From Takakia lepidozioides (Eukaryota; Plantae; Bryophyta), in contig CM060732.1 in assembly GCA_030704615.1 (NCBI GenBank), forward strand, positions 47,058,001 to 47,122,000: a stretch of DNA of 64,000 nt, read 5' to 3'. The stretch's first letter is position 1; each line of letters starts with the position of its first letter. Position numbers and translations under genes: made by a program. The notes under the pieces were generated by a model that was not told the origin of the DNA, ran no database searches, and saw only the letters and a program-made list of their open reading frames with translations. Below are positions 63,362-64,000 of this stretch, one piece after another.

Positions 63362-63955
63362 GAGAAGATGCAAATGGTGGCGGATGAGAACCCTTCGGGG
63401 GAGGGAAGGAGATCATTGCTGATGTGGACGATGAATTCTATGAAAGCAAAGCCGCGGAGGTGCTGGGGGGTGAGAAGGTAAACTCTCAGCTTGTGGTGCA
63501 AAATATGCTTGCCCCGGGTGGGAGGTTGAAGATCCCCCTGTGTAGGTTGGTTTCCATGCCCGTCGTTCGTCCACCCCTCATCAAGGACATCCTGAAGCTG
63601 GAGGCCAAGTTTGTTAATGGGTATTTGGATGGATTCGCAGTCTTTTACATTTCTACAAAGGATTCAAGAGGCAATGAGCTCCTTGTGGATGAGTCATTCA
63701 TGGACTCCTAGGATCCCATTTGGAGACAGGTGAACGAATCCTTCGAACTTCTTCTCTCCAGGGAACCTTCGACCCAGGCATTCTCAGGGAAGATGTTTCA
63801 CGTATGGAATGGCAACCACCGGTTGCTTGCATGGATGGCTGTCATTGGGAGGCTGCACTCACAGGAGGAAGAGTGGCATTACTCTGTTCGATCGATGGTG
63901 CTGGATTGTGACGGGAACATGATGGGTCTTCTGACGGCAATGAATGATGTGAACA
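63362..63955 (+). pseudogene. ParB/Srx-like domain ORF with an in-frame stop at 63709
   Basis: IPLCRL...VRP, then past the TAG: ...MFHVWNGNHRLLAW..., matching the ParB/Srx DGxHR box. Confidence 0.6.
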
Positions 63956-64000
63956 TGTTGGTTTCTCATTCTACATGTTCCAGTTGTGGTTCCGTGGTTC

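Overview
Eukaryotic, most likely non-flowering land-plant, repeat-rich DNA: a PLS-type PPR fragment, plastid-type gene fragments and plant TE lineages are present, and no intact host gene is. The window is a nest of transposons. It holds an old CACTA element; a non-chromovirus Gypsy ending in two tandem diverged LTRs; a chromovirus Gypsy with matched LTRs, itself carrying a TIR element and LINE debris; four copies of a GCM-like/MULE-DDE/SWIM transposase family, two forming a 12-kb head-to-head foldback inserted without a TSD; a ~117-bp hairpin satellite; and a ParB/Srx-like pseudogene. The main candidate novelty is an 11.8-kb Gypsy-type element (28287-40094, minus strand, 4-bp TSD TACC). It encodes a complete C5 cytosine methyltransferase between protease and RT and a PHD finger after a DDE integrase, and carries captured host mRNA fragments. 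Instead of two LTRs it has split direct repeats (a1-ORFs-b1-GC-a2-b2), an architecture I know only from tyrosine-recombinase retroelements. Its internal CAGCTG junction reconstructs the joined termini. Family assignments come from motif recognition by eye, with no database searches. A 500-N gap lies at 16928-17427.
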